A stretch of DNA of 64,000 bases from Amoebophrya sp. A120 (lineage: Eukaryota > Protista > Dinoflagellata), in the NCBI GenBank assembly GCA_905178155.1, contig CAJINV010000011.1:2101503-2165502 (forward strand), in the 5' to 3' direction. Both the position numbers and the translations under genes were made by a program. The notes beneath the pieces are model-generated. The model saw only the letters and a program-made list of their open reading frames with translations, did not search any database and was not told the origin of the DNA. How positions within the stretch are numbered: position 1 is the first letter of the stretch; each line of letters opens with the position of its first letter. Positions 63,690 to 64,000 of the stretch are shown in pieces.

Positions 63690-64000
63690 ACAAATGAATC
63701 AATGCTGTTCGTTTTCTTTTTTTCCTTTTCGTTCGTGAGGGATCGTTAAGCACTTCGTCGGGGGGCAGTTTAGTACGCAGGGGTACAATTTCAAGGATGA
63801 AAATTGCTATACATTTACTGATCTACTGGCTCGTCTGCTTTTATGTACTATCGACGTGCTTATCATGATCTTCGAAGACACCAGGGTGTCTGTCGTATTC
63901 GTTGCATGCGTTTGTATCGTTTCTTGCAAGAACACCTATTCGCCTTCGCAGCTTTCCCAAATCGCGTGCATTGTCGTCGTCGCGTTGCATTTACGGTTTG

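Overview
Gene-dense eukaryotic DNA. The gene content and intron architecture point to an alveolate, most likely a syndinian dinoflagellate such as Amoebophrya (inference). The window starts with ~1.9 kb of a GC-rich ~97-bp palindromic satellite. About 18 spliced genes follow, including an AlkB dioxygenase, a C2 protein, proteasome beta-7, a CBS/AMPK-gamma-like protein, an alpha/beta hydrolase, DUS1, NOB1, a Ser-less acyl carrier protein, a WBP2-like protein, MTHFR, a frameshifted methyltransferase, a secreted coiled-coil protein and an AFG3/FtsH protease. The dominant feature is 30 intact (plus 1 truncated) 162-323 bp MITE-like elements in about 7 families. Each reads TAT...ATA with terminal inverted repeats, nearly all are flanked by a recognisable 5-bp target-site duplication (TSD), and all sit inside coding exons. 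Removing the element plus 5 flanking nt restores the reading frame, so they behave as mostly non-GT-AG introns ('introners', a class reported for Amoebophrya). The window also shows reciprocal empty/filled sites in a local duplication, a consistent inferred splice register, insertion in both orientations, a shared internal motif, and a canonical GT-AG intron homologous to an introner. All coordinates were read by hand and no expression data were available.
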